44,119 nucleotides of DNA, from positions 1 through 44,119 of the forward strand of contig JAJYHW010000085.1 in assembly GCA_021784535.1 (NCBI GenBank). The letters run 5' to 3'. Positions within the stretch are counted from its first letter, which is position 1. Each line of letters opens with the position of its first letter. The DNA is from a bacterium (GTDB lineage: Bacteria; Patescibacteriota; Microgenomatia; Levybacterales; UBA12049). Under the pieces are notes generated by a model that was given only the letters and a program-made list of their open reading frames with translations, was not told the DNA's origin and did no database searches. Shown here one piece after another: positions 1 through 7,591 of this stretch. A program made the translations under genes and the position numbers.

Positions 1-162
1 CTTGAAGTTAAGAGCGAACTGATCGGAGAGATGGTCGCAAAACGATTAAAAAAACTTGATAAAGTTGCTTATATTCGGTTTGCAAGTGTCTTTAGGCGAT
101 TTGTTGATGTTGAAGATTTTGAAAAAGAGGTAAAAGCGATAATAAAAAAACCAACGTTATGA
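1..162 (+). CDS. nrdR: Transcriptional repressor NrdR, C-terminal fragment (5' end lies outside the window)
   Basis: Frame 1 reads ...[26 protein letters not shown]..., the typical end of the NrdR ATP-cone. The TGA stop at 160-162 overlaps the next ATG (ATGA). It lies directly upstream of an RNR gene. Confidence 0.8.
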   Translation, partial: LEVKSELIGEMVAKRLKKLDKVAYIRFASVFRRFVDVEDFEKEVKAIIKKPTL

Positions 163-569
163 AATTACATACAGAAATTATAACATTATGCGATTACGCC
201 CTGATTTCACGGGAAGGGAAATTAAGTATTAACGGTATTTTTGATGAATTGCGTGTGCAAAAATTTCCTGGAGGTATTGCACGGGCTTTCTTTGTCGCGA
301 CAATCCGGGGTAACGCAGATACGGCATATAAGCTCAAAATTAATACGGAGAGTAGCGGAAATGTGCTGAATTCATTAAATATTGATATCCGTACAAGTCC
401 AAACGGGAAGAATAATATTATCTTAGAACTTGTCAATCTTGGCTTTGAGAAAGAAGGAGAATACAAGTTTGCTATCTATCATGACAAGGAGGAAGTCGGT
501 TCAACGCAATTGAAAGTGATGAGCGCTGAACAACCGATGCAAGAGGTAAAGTATAAGTTACCGAACTAA
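159..569 (+). CDS. Hypothetical 136-aa protein between nrdR and nrdJ
   Basis: Clean ORF, translationally coupled to nrdR by a 4-nt ATGA overlap, ending 19 nt before nrdJ. No recognisable catalytic motif. Confidence 0.6.
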   Translation: MKLHTEIITLCDYALISREGKLSINGIFDELRVQKFPGGIARAFFVATIRGNADTAYKLKINTESSGNVLNSLNIDIRTSPNGKNNIILELVNLGFEKEGEYKFAIYHDKEEVGSTQLKVMSAEQPMQEVKYKLPN

Positions 570-588
570 TTTTCAATTTATTAAGCTT

Positions 589-3054
589 ATGAAATTTGAT
601 GGTGTCAGAGAAAAAGTATTTTTAGACCGATATGCACTCAAAGGTGCTGAAGGAGAGCTCCTGGAGCACGCACCGCAGGAAATGTGGCAGCGGGTTGCGC
701 ATGGCATTTCTCTGCAGGAGAAGAAGTCTAAGCAAAAAAAATGGGAAAAAGAATTCTATCGGGTTCTGGAGGATTTCAAATTTGTTCCCGGAGGCCGGAT
801 CCTGTCAGGTGCGGGCACAGGGTATCAGGTAACGTATTTTAATTGTTTTGTTATTCCCAATCCCAAAGACTCCAGACATGGCATTCTTGAATCGCTTGGT
901 CAGCTCATTGAGATCCAGTCCCGCTCTGGCGGGGTTGGCTTGAATCTTTCATCTCTTCGACCGCGGGGCGCACGCGTCAAGAAGGTAAACGGCACTTCTT
1001 CAGGACCTGTTAACTGGGCAACGCTTTTTTCAGTCGCAACACATGATATTGTCCAGCAGGGTGGTTCCCGGCGCGGAGCGACGATGCTCATGCTGCATGA
1101 CTGGCATCCGGATGTTGAAGAATTTATTACGGTCAAGCAGGATCTTACCAAAATTAACGGCGCCAACCTTTCCGTGTGTGTTTCAGACGGTTTTATGGAA
1201 GCAGTTAAAAAAGATATGGATTGGGATTTGGTTTATCCTGATCTGAGCGATGCTCACTATGATGCAGAATGGGATGGAGACATCAATGAGTGGCGTGAGA
1301 AAGGGTATAAAGTTAAAATATACAAAACTGTCAAAGCCAAAGAATTATGGGATCTCATTTGCACGGCAGCCTGGCGTTCTGCGGAGCCCGGCTTACACTT
1401 TTTAGAACGCTCCAATAAGAGATCTAACACCTGGTATTTTGAAAAACTCCTTGCTACCAATCCTTGCGGTGAACAGCCGCTCGGCGGGTGGGCTGTGTGT
1501 AATTTGGGCGCGATGAATTTGGCTGCCTACGTCAAGGATGATAACCTTACGCAGGACAAAGCAGGCTGGTTTGATTACGAGGCGTTTGGTAAAGACGTTC
1601 AGGTGGCGATGCGTTTTTTGGATAACGTTATTGATGACACCTACTATTTCTTTAAAGAAAATGAGCAAGTTGCAAAAGAAATCCGTCGGACAGGTCTTGG
1701 TATTATGGGAATTGCGGATACCTTTATCAAGATGAAGATTCGTTACGGTTCGGAAGAGTCTGAGAAGGTTGCAAAGAAAATTTTCAAAACGCTTCGTGAC
1801 AATGCCTATATTGCCTCCTCGGATATCGCGAAAGAAAAAGGCGCGTTTATAAAATTTGATAAAGACAAATATCTTAAAGGCTATCATATTAAAGCATTGC
1901 CAAAAGAAATTCGCGAGAAGATCGCAGAACAAGGCATTCGTAATGCTGTCCTTTTGACTATTGCTCCGACAGGGACAACAAGTCTTTTGGCTGGTGTTTC
2001 AAGCGGTGTTGAGCCGGTGTATGAATTCGAATACTCTCACAATGGTCGTCTTGGCAAACAAATGGTCTATCACGGATTGTACGGCGAATGGAGAGATGCG
2101 CATCCTGACGTTGATCGACCTGATTATTTTGTCGGGGCAAATGATTTGACGCCTGATGATCACGTGAGGATTCAGGCAATTGCTCAAGAATATATTGACT
2201 CTTCGATCTCAAAAACGGTGAATGCGCCCAATTCGCATACGGTTGAAGACGTAAAAAAATTATATATGTCCGCGTATGATAACGGGCTCAAAGGTGTCAC
2301 GTACTTCCGTGATGGTTCGCGCATGGGCGTTCTCCAGCGGGAGGAGAAAAAAGACGCTTCGGCAAGCTCAATGCAAGAGAAAGCTCCTGAACAAGCGCCG
2401 GCAGTTGTTCAAAAGCCGATGATCCCTGTGACATCACGTGTACCTCGTCCGATGGTATTAACAGGTGTAACCTATAAAGCAGAGAGTCCGACAGGGAAAT
2501 TGTATGTGACGATCAATAATGATGAAAAGGGAGATATCTTTGAAGTCTTTATCAATCACGGGAAAAGCGGATCTGATTTGATGGCGCTTGCGGACGCGCT
2601 CGGCCGGATGATTTCATTTGTCCTTAGAATCCATAGTCCGGTTCCTGCCCGGGAGCGGGTCCGTGAAATTGTGTCAGAACTTGCGGGTATTGGTGGGAGT
2701 CGCAGTAGCGGTTTTGGTGAGAATAGAGTCAGATCTCTGCCTGATGCTATTTCAAAAGTCCTTGCGCGGCATGCTGAATTTCGTGTTAACGGTAAGGTTG
2801 AAGACAGTGTCCAATACCTGGCGAGGATGAGCAATGATTATAGTGCTAGCAATGGTCATATCAAGACAGCAGTAGATCTGCCTGAAGAAGCGCCTGTGCC
2901 AAATCAGTTGGCATTACCTGAAACCGGCATCTCATCTGTAAGCAGCAGCGTGTCAACGTCACTGTTTGATATCTGTCCGGAATGCGGATCGGGAAGCTTT
3001 GCTTATGAAGAGGGCTGCAAGAAATGCTATGCATGTGGATATAGCGAATGCTAG
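589..3054 (+). CDS. nrdJ: Class II adenosylcobalamin-dependent ribonucleotide reductase
   Basis: 821 aa. RNR core motifs are present (NCFV, SRSGGVGLNLSSLRPRG, NPCGEQPL, TIAPTGTTS). C-terminal CPECG...CKKCYACG zinc ribbon is typical of NrdJ. Confidence 0.93.
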   Translation: MKFDGVREKVFLDRYALKGAEGELLEHAPQEMWQRVAHGISLQEKKSKQKKWEKEFYRVLEDFKFVPGGRILSGAGTGYQVTYFNCFVIPNPKDSRHGILESLGQLIEIQSRSGGVGLNLSSLRPRGARVKKVNGTSSGPVNWATLFSVATHDIVQQGGSRRGATMLMLHDWHPDVEEFITVKQDLTKINGANLSVCVSDGFMEAVKKDMDWDLVYPDLSDAHYDAEWDGDINEWREKGYKVKIYKTVKAKELWDLICTAAWRSAEPGLHFLERSNKRSNTWYFEKLLATNPCGEQPLGGWAVCNLGAMNLAAYVKDDNLTQDKAGWFDYEAFGKDVQVAMRFLDNVIDDTYYFFKENEQVAKEIRRTGLGIMGIADTFIKMKIRYGSEESEKVAKKIFKTLRDNAYIASSDIAKEKGAFIKFDKDKYLKGYHIKALPKEIREKIAEQGIRNAVLLTIAPTGTTSLLAGVSSGVEPVYEFEYSHNGRLGKQMVYHGLYGEWRDAHPDVDRPDYFVGANDLTPDDHVRIQAIAQEYIDSSISKTVNAPNSHTVEDVKKLYMSAYDNGLKGVTYFRDGSRMGVLQREEKKDASASSMQEKAPEQAPAVVQKPMIPVTSRVPRPMVLTGVTYKAESPTGKLYVTINNDEKGDIFEVFINHGKSGSDLMALADALGRMISFVLRIHSPVPARERVREIVSELAGIGGSRSSGFGENRVRSLPDAISKVLARHAEFRVNGKVEDSVQYLARMSNDYSASNGHIKTAVDLPEEAPVPNQLALPETGISSVSSSVSTSLFDICPECGSGSFAYEEGCKKCYACGYSEC

Positions 3055-3099
3055 ATTTGGGGACCGGTGAATAGATTTTAGGGAATAGAGTTAGAGATT

Positions 3100-3239
3100 G
3101 GACCGATTTTACAATTGAAGATGGAAATCACGGTGAAAATCCGTGGCTGTGCCGCAACTGTAAAGCCAGAAAACTTTTTTTCCCGCGCAGGAGCTTTTTT
3201 TAAGAATCCTTCTGTTTTGCGGAGCAAGAGAAGGATTTT
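3100..3239 (+). promoter_or_regulatory. Cobalamin (AdoCbl-type) riboswitch RS1, short form without a long P6 extension
   Basis: GGAAAT, then a 5-bp stem CACGG/CCGTG (3129-3145) closing a TGAAAAT loop, then GCTGTGCCGCAACTGTAAAGCCAGA. This matches the conserved GGUGAnAAUCC...GCxGxxCCGCAACUGUAA core and B12-box region. Downstream, a 9-bp hairpin (3205-3213 / 3229-3237) buries the GAAGGA Shine-Dalgarno of the ATG at 3240. Confidence 0.75.
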
Positions 3240-3599
3240 ATGAATAAAAAAGTACTCGCCATAGTCATCATTATCATTATTTTTGCTCTTTCAGCGCTTG
3301 GCGTTAGTGAGATTAAGACATTCTCCCATTCTATCCCCAATCCAACAGCTACTCCTGTCTCACAACAGACTACACTTGTGTACAAAGGCATTAATGGAAA
3401 AGATGCTTTAACGCTTCTTAAAGAACATGCGGCTGTCGAACAGGATCATTCAGGATTGGTCATTGGTATCAATGGTAACAAGCCGACAGGGCATCATTAT
3501 TGGGCGTTTTATGTTAATGGCAAGATGAGCCAGGTGGGACCGGCTGAGTATCAGACAAAAAACAGCGATATAATCGAGTGGAAAATAGAGAAATATTAA
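3240..3599 (+). CDS. DUF4430-like secreted or anchored protein (transcobalamin beta-domain-like, probable B12 binder)
   Basis: N-terminal signal/TM segment (VLAIVIIIIIFALSALG). The C-terminal pattern HYWAFYVNG...GPAEY...DIIEWK is typical of DUF4430. It is the first gene after RS1. Confidence 0.7.
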   Translation: MNKKVLAIVIIIIIFALSALGVSEIKTFSHSIPNPTATPVSQQTTLVYKGINGKDALTLLKEHAAVEQDHSGLVIGINGNKPTGHHYWAFYVNGKMSQVGPAEYQTKNSDIIEWKIEKY

Positions 3600-3616
3600 A
3601 AAGTTTAAAGTTCAAA

Positions 3617-4186
3617 ATGAAAAATTCAAAATTACAAATAAAAGTGCAAAATATTATTAGTCCTTTTATAATCATTGCGTTTGCAATTATTTTGAGGTTG
3701 GTCCCGCACCCTCCTAACGTTGCGCCGATTGCAGCAATGGCACTTTTCGGCGGCGTGTACCTCAATAAAAAATACGCACTTATTGTCCCGATTATTGCTC
3801 TGTTTGTTTCAGATATCTTTTTGGGATTTTATTCTGAAATGATATTTGTTTATGGCAGTTTTCTTCTTACCGGATTGATAGGTCTCTGGCTTCGAAATCA
3901 TAAATCCTTCAGAAATGTCATTCTGGCAAGTAGTGGTTCTTCTATCATGTTTTTCCTTATCACCAATTTTGGTGTGTGGCTTATGAGTTCAATGTATGAT
4001 AAAACATTCAATGGCTTGCTGGAATCGTACGCGATGGGGTTACCGTTTTTTAGAAATACGCTGCTTGGAGATCTTGGATACGTCGGATTATTCTTCGGGA
4101 GCTACGAGCTCTTGTCATTATTTATCTTAAATCGTAAAACGCAAATATCAAAACTACATCTCAAATCTAAACATTTTAAGATTTGA
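3617..4186 (+). CDS. Six-TM membrane protein, ECF S-component-like; probable cobalamin transporter subunit
   Basis: About 6 hydrophobic helices. The RLVPHPPNVAPIAAMALFGG motif resembles solitary S-component/DUF6580-type proteins. The ATG at 3617 was chosen over 3578, which overlaps the upstream gene by 22 nt. The function is inferred from operon context only. Confidence 0.6.
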   Translation: MKNSKLQIKVQNIISPFIIIAFAIILRLVPHPPNVAPIAAMALFGGVYLNKKYALIVPIIALFVSDIFLGFYSEMIFVYGSFLLTGLIGLWLRNHKSFRNVILASSGSSIMFFLITNFGVWLMSSMYDKTFNGLLESYAMGLPFFRNTLLGDLGYVGLFFGSYELLSLFILNRKTQISKLHLKSKHFKI

Positions 4187-4223
4187 ATTGTCGGTTTATG
4201 ATTTGAATTTTGAGTTTTGAGAT
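4158..4223. repeat. Heptamer-built imperfect hairpin element
   Basis: Left arm ATCTCAAATCTAAACATT (4158-4175) pairs with AATTTTGAGTTTTGAGAT (4206-4223) at about 14 of 18 positions. The arms are phased 7-mers (GAATTTT/GAGTTTT/GAGATTC). The left arm encodes the last residues of the upstream ORF. Confidence 0.55.
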
Positions 4224-4229
4224 TCTACT

Positions 4230-4769
4230 ATGCCGATTTATACCCGTACTGGCGATAAAGGGAAAACGTCACTTTTTGACGGCACCCGTGTGTTGAAATC
4301 ACACAAGCGCGTTGAGACATATGGAACAATTGATGAGCTTAATAGTATTATTGGTGCTACCGTTGCCCATTTGAAAAATAATGAGAAGCAATTGAAAGTT
4401 GAATTGGAAAAGATTCAAAATGATCTTTTGGATATCGGCTCAGCGCTTGCAACGCCTCATCCGATGCCGGTTATTGGTTTGGAAAATCGTCCAAAAGAGT
4501 TTGAGAAATGTATTGATAATCTCACGCAAAAATTGCCGGAATTAAATGAATTTATTTTACCCGGTGGTGGCAAAGCAGGCTCATTCTTGCATGTCTGCCG
4601 AACGATTGCCAGGCGAGCTGAGCGGCAGCTGGTTGCATTGACACAGAAAGAAAAAGTAGATGAGGCAATTGTTATTTATCTCAATCGCTTGTCAGATCTG
4701 TTATTTACTATGGCGCGATATGTGAATTATATGGAGAAGAAGAAAGAGATTAAGTGGGTAAAGCGATAG
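4230..4769 (+). CDS. pduO: PduO-type ATP:cob(I)alamin adenosyltransferase
   Basis: N-terminus MPIYTRTGDKGKTSLFDG...ETYGTIDELNS and the later RRAER segment are characteristic of PduO-type ATR. 179 aa. Confidence 0.9.
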   Translation: MPIYTRTGDKGKTSLFDGTRVLKSHKRVETYGTIDELNSIIGATVAHLKNNEKQLKVELEKIQNDLLDIGSALATPHPMPVIGLENRPKEFEKCIDNLTQKLPELNEFILPGGGKAGSFLHVCRTIARRAERQLVALTQKEKVDEAIVIYLNRLSDLLFTMARYVNYMEKKKEIKWVKR

Positions 4770-4847
4770 ATGTAAGATGTAGGATTTAAGATGTAGACGT
4801 GAAATATAAAAAATCTTCTTAAATCTTACATCATAAATCTTAAATCT
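4770..4847. repeat. Heptamer-built hairpin element (ATGTAAG family)
   Basis: Left arm ATGTAAG ATGTAGG ATTTAAG ATGTAGA; right arm TAAATCT TACATCA TAAATCT TAAATCT. Positions 4776-4791 pair with 4817-4832 (16 bp including one G-T). It starts 1 nt after the pduO stop. Confidence 0.7.
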
Positions 4848-4854
4848 AATATTT

Positions 4855-4989
4855 TGGGTGAACTTAGTGAAATTCTAAGGCTGTGCCGCAACTGTAAAGC
4901 CAGATCCCCATCCCGATTAATTCGGGGAAAAACCTTCCGAGCAGAAGTTCCTTTTTTTGTGGACTCCTCGGATGACGAGGAGTTTTTTT
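4855..4989 (+). promoter_or_regulatory. Cobalamin riboswitch-like element RS2 with terminator / anti-SD expression platform
   Basis: GGGTGAA, then a 5-bp stem CTTAG/CTAAG (4863-4879) closing a TGAAATT loop, then a 26-nt core (4879-4904) identical to RS1 3145-3170. Downstream is an 8-bp hairpin ACTCCTCG/CGAGGAGT (4963-4983) followed by a T7 run. The 3' arm carries GAGGAG 7 nt before the ATG at 4990. Confidence 0.6.
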
Positions 4990-6687
4990 ATGGCAAGATT
5001 AGAATTTGCACCAACACCAACACCAAGATCAAGAATAGGCAGGCAAGTAGGCAATGCAGAAGTATCACCGGTAATCCAGCCGAGAAGACTTGCTGTTTCG
5101 GAGCTTATACAGCAAGGTGTGTCTCAAGCTATTGGAAATATTGATGCCGTACTTGCGGAGTTTGCAGAGAATCAAAGAGAAAATCAGAAGAAGCCTAGCA
5201 TGCCTGAATCAGTATCTGTGTATAATCCATCCAAGCGTAGTCAGACAGAGTTTCTTAACCAGAGAATGCCTGTTTCTGTTTTTGAACAATCATCACAGGA
5301 AGATTGCATACGTGCAAAAGAAAGACTTTCTCCGACAAGTAGTACGCGGGAGTATATAGATTTTTTTGATAGATTTTATGAAGAGGAAGGTCTTCCAAAG
5401 GATTGGTACAAACTTCAGTATGGAGACGCTCAGGTAGGGTTCAGTATGAAAAAACAAATGGAACGTTTGAGAGATGACTCTTTTGCAGGAAGAAAGATAT
5501 GGGCTCGGCAAGCATTTGGCGATTTACAGGGATATCTGATTGAATATGTTTCTCCCTATAATGTTTTCCCCTGGACGCATGTTGTGAGGGAAACTTCTGA
5601 TGGAACAGCACATCTGGTTGATCCAAAATATGGAGGTAGACGTATGATTGATTTAGTCACAAATGACGAAAGAGATGGAGCTGTCACCTCTGTAATGAAA
5701 GCAATAGATCAGGCCGTTGTGACAGGGAAAAAGCCTGATGGGAGTGCGTTGTCTAATGGAAGTATGTTTTTGGAAGTAAGTCCTTCGGATGCTTCAGCAA
5801 CAGGTTTGAAACAGGACAATGGTAAGGATATTAAGTATAAAGATACACATATTAAAATATCTCAAGTGGTAGGAGATAAATTAGTAGGATTTACCATACA
5901 AACAGATTTCACCAAGACAGAATGCCGTGAGCTGCTCTATAGAGTTTCCGGGAAAATGCTCCCAGAGGATGCGCCAGTTGAAGATTATATAAGATCATTT
6001 GCTATTATTGATCCTACCGCAAGTGATCTGAAAAGCATTGGAGATATGGTCGGAGTTGCTGCCAAGGTCCGTTCGGATATGTCTTTTGGATCAAAAAATG
6101 CGTATAAAGATAAAACATGGGATCAAGTCCTTGAACAGATAAGCCGAGGGGATACATTATATGAATGGACGAAGACATCCCAGGCTATCCTGAAAAAGTT
6201 TGTATACGATGTGCTTTATGATAATCCGTCGAAAGATGAATTACCTCGCTATCTGTCAGCGACTATTCTAACTGCAGTTCAGGCAGCGCAGATGGATCAA
6301 TTGGCTGTGGCAGCTGAGAAGGCAGCTACAGAACAGCTTCATCTTATACTCCCACCATCCAATTTTGGTAATTTTGGAGAAGTTTTGAAGGCTACTGCCG
6401 CAATTGTCGGATGCGCAGGCGGAGGATCAGCATCTTCAGATGGTGGAATATTTGGAAGAAATCGTTCAGGACAAGTCGGAGGATTAACTGGTGAATCATG
6501 CCCTCAAATATCATGTGCCTGCGGCTGGGAGGCGAGTGATGCTGAAGTTGCATCAATTCAAGCAAAAATGCTCACACATTGTCCGAAATGTGGTGCAGAA
6601 CCTGGGAAAGGAGAAGCAAGGGGAAAGAGGGAAAAAGAAGAGGTACAGACGCCAATAGATAAGAAAAAGTTTGCATTAGCAGCATAA
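4990..6687 (+). CDS. Hypothetical 565-aa protein with C-terminal CxC...CPxCG zinc ribbon; no family recognised
   Basis: Long clean ORF. The ATG at 4990 was chosen because the TTG at 4957 lies inside the terminator hairpin. No signal peptide, TM segment or P-loop. C-terminus is CACGWEASDAEVASIQAKMLTHCPKCGAEPG. Confidence 0.7.
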   Translation: MARLEFAPTPTPRSRIGRQVGNAEVSPVIQPRRLAVSELIQQGVSQAIGNIDAVLAEFAENQRENQKKPSMPESVSVYNPSKRSQTEFLNQRMPVSVFEQSSQEDCIRAKERLSPTSSTREYIDFFDRFYEEEGLPKDWYKLQYGDAQVGFSMKKQMERLRDDSFAGRKIWARQAFGDLQGYLIEYVSPYNVFPWTHVVRETSDGTAHLVDPKYGGRRMIDLVTNDERDGAVTSVMKAIDQAVVTGKKPDGSALSNGSMFLEVSPSDASATGLKQDNGKDIKYKDTHIKISQVVGDKLVGFTIQTDFTKTECRELLYRVSGKMLPEDAPVEDYIRSFAIIDPTASDLKSIGDMVGVAAKVRSDMSFGSKNAYKDKTWDQVLEQISRGDTLYEWTKTSQAILKKFVYDVLYDNPSKDELPRYLSATILTAVQAAQMDQLAVAAEKAATEQLHLILPPSNFGNFGEVLKATAAIVGCAGGGSASSDGGIFGRNRSGQVGGLTGESCPQISCACGWEASDAEVASIQAKMLTHCPKCGAEPGKGEARGKREKEEVQTPIDKKKFALAA

Positions 6688-6692
6688 AAATT

Positions 6693-6842
6693 ATGAAGAA
6701 AGAAAAGGATTGTGAAATTTGCTACAGGATCCTCTGTAAGCGGTGCGGTTGGGTCGCTTCTGAGGATGATGTCATAAAAATACAAAAAGGTGAAATAACT
6801 GCATGTCCTGAGTGTGGATGGAAACCGGGCGACACTGTTTGA
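6693..6842 (+). CDS. 49-aa zinc-ribbon micro-protein (absent from the ORF track)
   Basis: MKKEKDCEICYRILCKRCGWVASEDDVIKIQKGEITACPECGWKPGDTV. It starts 5 nt after the upstream stop. A 29-aa gapless stretch is 15/29 identical to the C-terminus of the preceding protein. Confidence 0.6.
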   Translation: MKKEKDCEICYRILCKRCGWVASEDDVIKIQKGEITACPECGWKPGDTV

Positions 6843-6877
6843 TTGTTTGCATAGGTTTAACATGGTAAGATAGGAGT

Positions 6878-7588
6878 ATGGATCCAAGCATTCCTGCTGT
6901 CCAAGACACGCAAAATCAACAACCAGCGAATCAGCCGGTAAACCAGGTGCAGCCGCCTGTGACAGCAGCGCCTCCGGTACAGCAGCAGAAGACGCAGGTG
7001 TCTGTCGGCAATGTAGAAGCCGGAGCTGCTACAATGATTCAGGAAAATTCGGATGCTGATGCAGATGATGATGAGGATGAAATAAAGATTGCCCCGCAGG
7101 AAATAACAAATCAGACGGCAAATAAAAGCGCTGGAGTTGATACTCAGGAAGAAGATGTCAAACTTCAGTCAACAATTCCTGAGATAGTAGTCAGCAGTCC
7201 TGAAGTTGAAACGATTATCGAAGCGTCAGTGGATCAGGACAAGCCGGAGCTTTCAAAGGAAGTGAAGGCCGCGGGAGTGACTCATTCCGGTCCGGGAGTG
7301 ATTGTTGTTGAGCAGAGCAGTTCCGGAGTGCAAAAAATGCCTCCGATCACGTATGAACAGGCAAAAGTGGAAGAAAAAAAGACACAGCTGCATGAGGCAA
7401 GACACTGGTATCTCGCGCTGGTATTGTATCTCTGGCAGAAAATAAATCCAAAAGCCGGAGAAAAAGATAGGCAGGATGGCCAAAAGGATGCTATTCTAAC
7501 TGATCAAGCACCAACATTGTCAGCTGGGGAGCATAATAGCATAGAACAGTCTGAAGAGGTGCAAAATGAAGCGCCATCGAGGGGATAA
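6878..7588 (+). CDS. Hypothetical acidic, Q/P-rich (probably disordered) protein with one C-terminal hydrophobic helix
   Basis: 236 aa with a low-complexity N-terminal half (QNQQPANQPVNQVQPP..., DADADDDEDE) and the segment HWYLALVLYLWQKI. Its stop is 3 nt before the next gene. Confidence 0.6.
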   Translation: MDPSIPAVQDTQNQQPANQPVNQVQPPVTAAPPVQQQKTQVSVGNVEAGAATMIQENSDADADDDEDEIKIAPQEITNQTANKSAGVDTQEEDVKLQSTIPEIVVSSPEVETIIEASVDQDKPELSKEVKAAGVTHSGPGVIVVEQSSSGVQKMPPITYEQAKVEEKKTQLHEARHWYLALVLYLWQKINPKAGEKDRQDGQKDAILTDQAPTLSAGEHNSIEQSEEVQNEAPSRG

Positions 7589-7591
7589 GAT

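Noticed and set aside
560-588. Search for an NrdR box directly upstream of nrdJ
   Set aside because: No 16-bp palindrome of the acaCwAtATaTwGtgt type is visible. The genes appear co-transcribed, so any NrdR boxes would lie upstream of nrdR, outside the window.
1402-1932. 176-aa ORF on the minus strand
   Set aside because: It lies entirely antisense inside nrdJ, whose protein shows unambiguous RNR motifs. It is a shadow ORF with low-complexity translation. The same reasoning applies to 900-1166, 1958-2212 and 2556-2834.
4957-4989. TTG-initiated 11-codon N-terminal extension of the large orphan ORF
   Set aside because: The extension is the terminator / anti-SD hairpin itself. The ATG at 4990 has GAGGAG at a 7-nt spacing.
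4854-5144. 96-aa plus-strand ORF
   Set aside because: It spans the riboswitch core and the terminator hairpin and runs out of frame into the 565-aa gene. It has no independent signals.
4990-6687. Idea that the riboswitch-controlled orphan is a B12-independent RNR (NrdD-like) because of its C-terminal Zn ribbon
   Set aside because: No glycyl-radical motif (RVxGY) follows the ribbon, and no NrdD/NrdA core motifs could be recognised. Only the generic CxxC pattern is shared.
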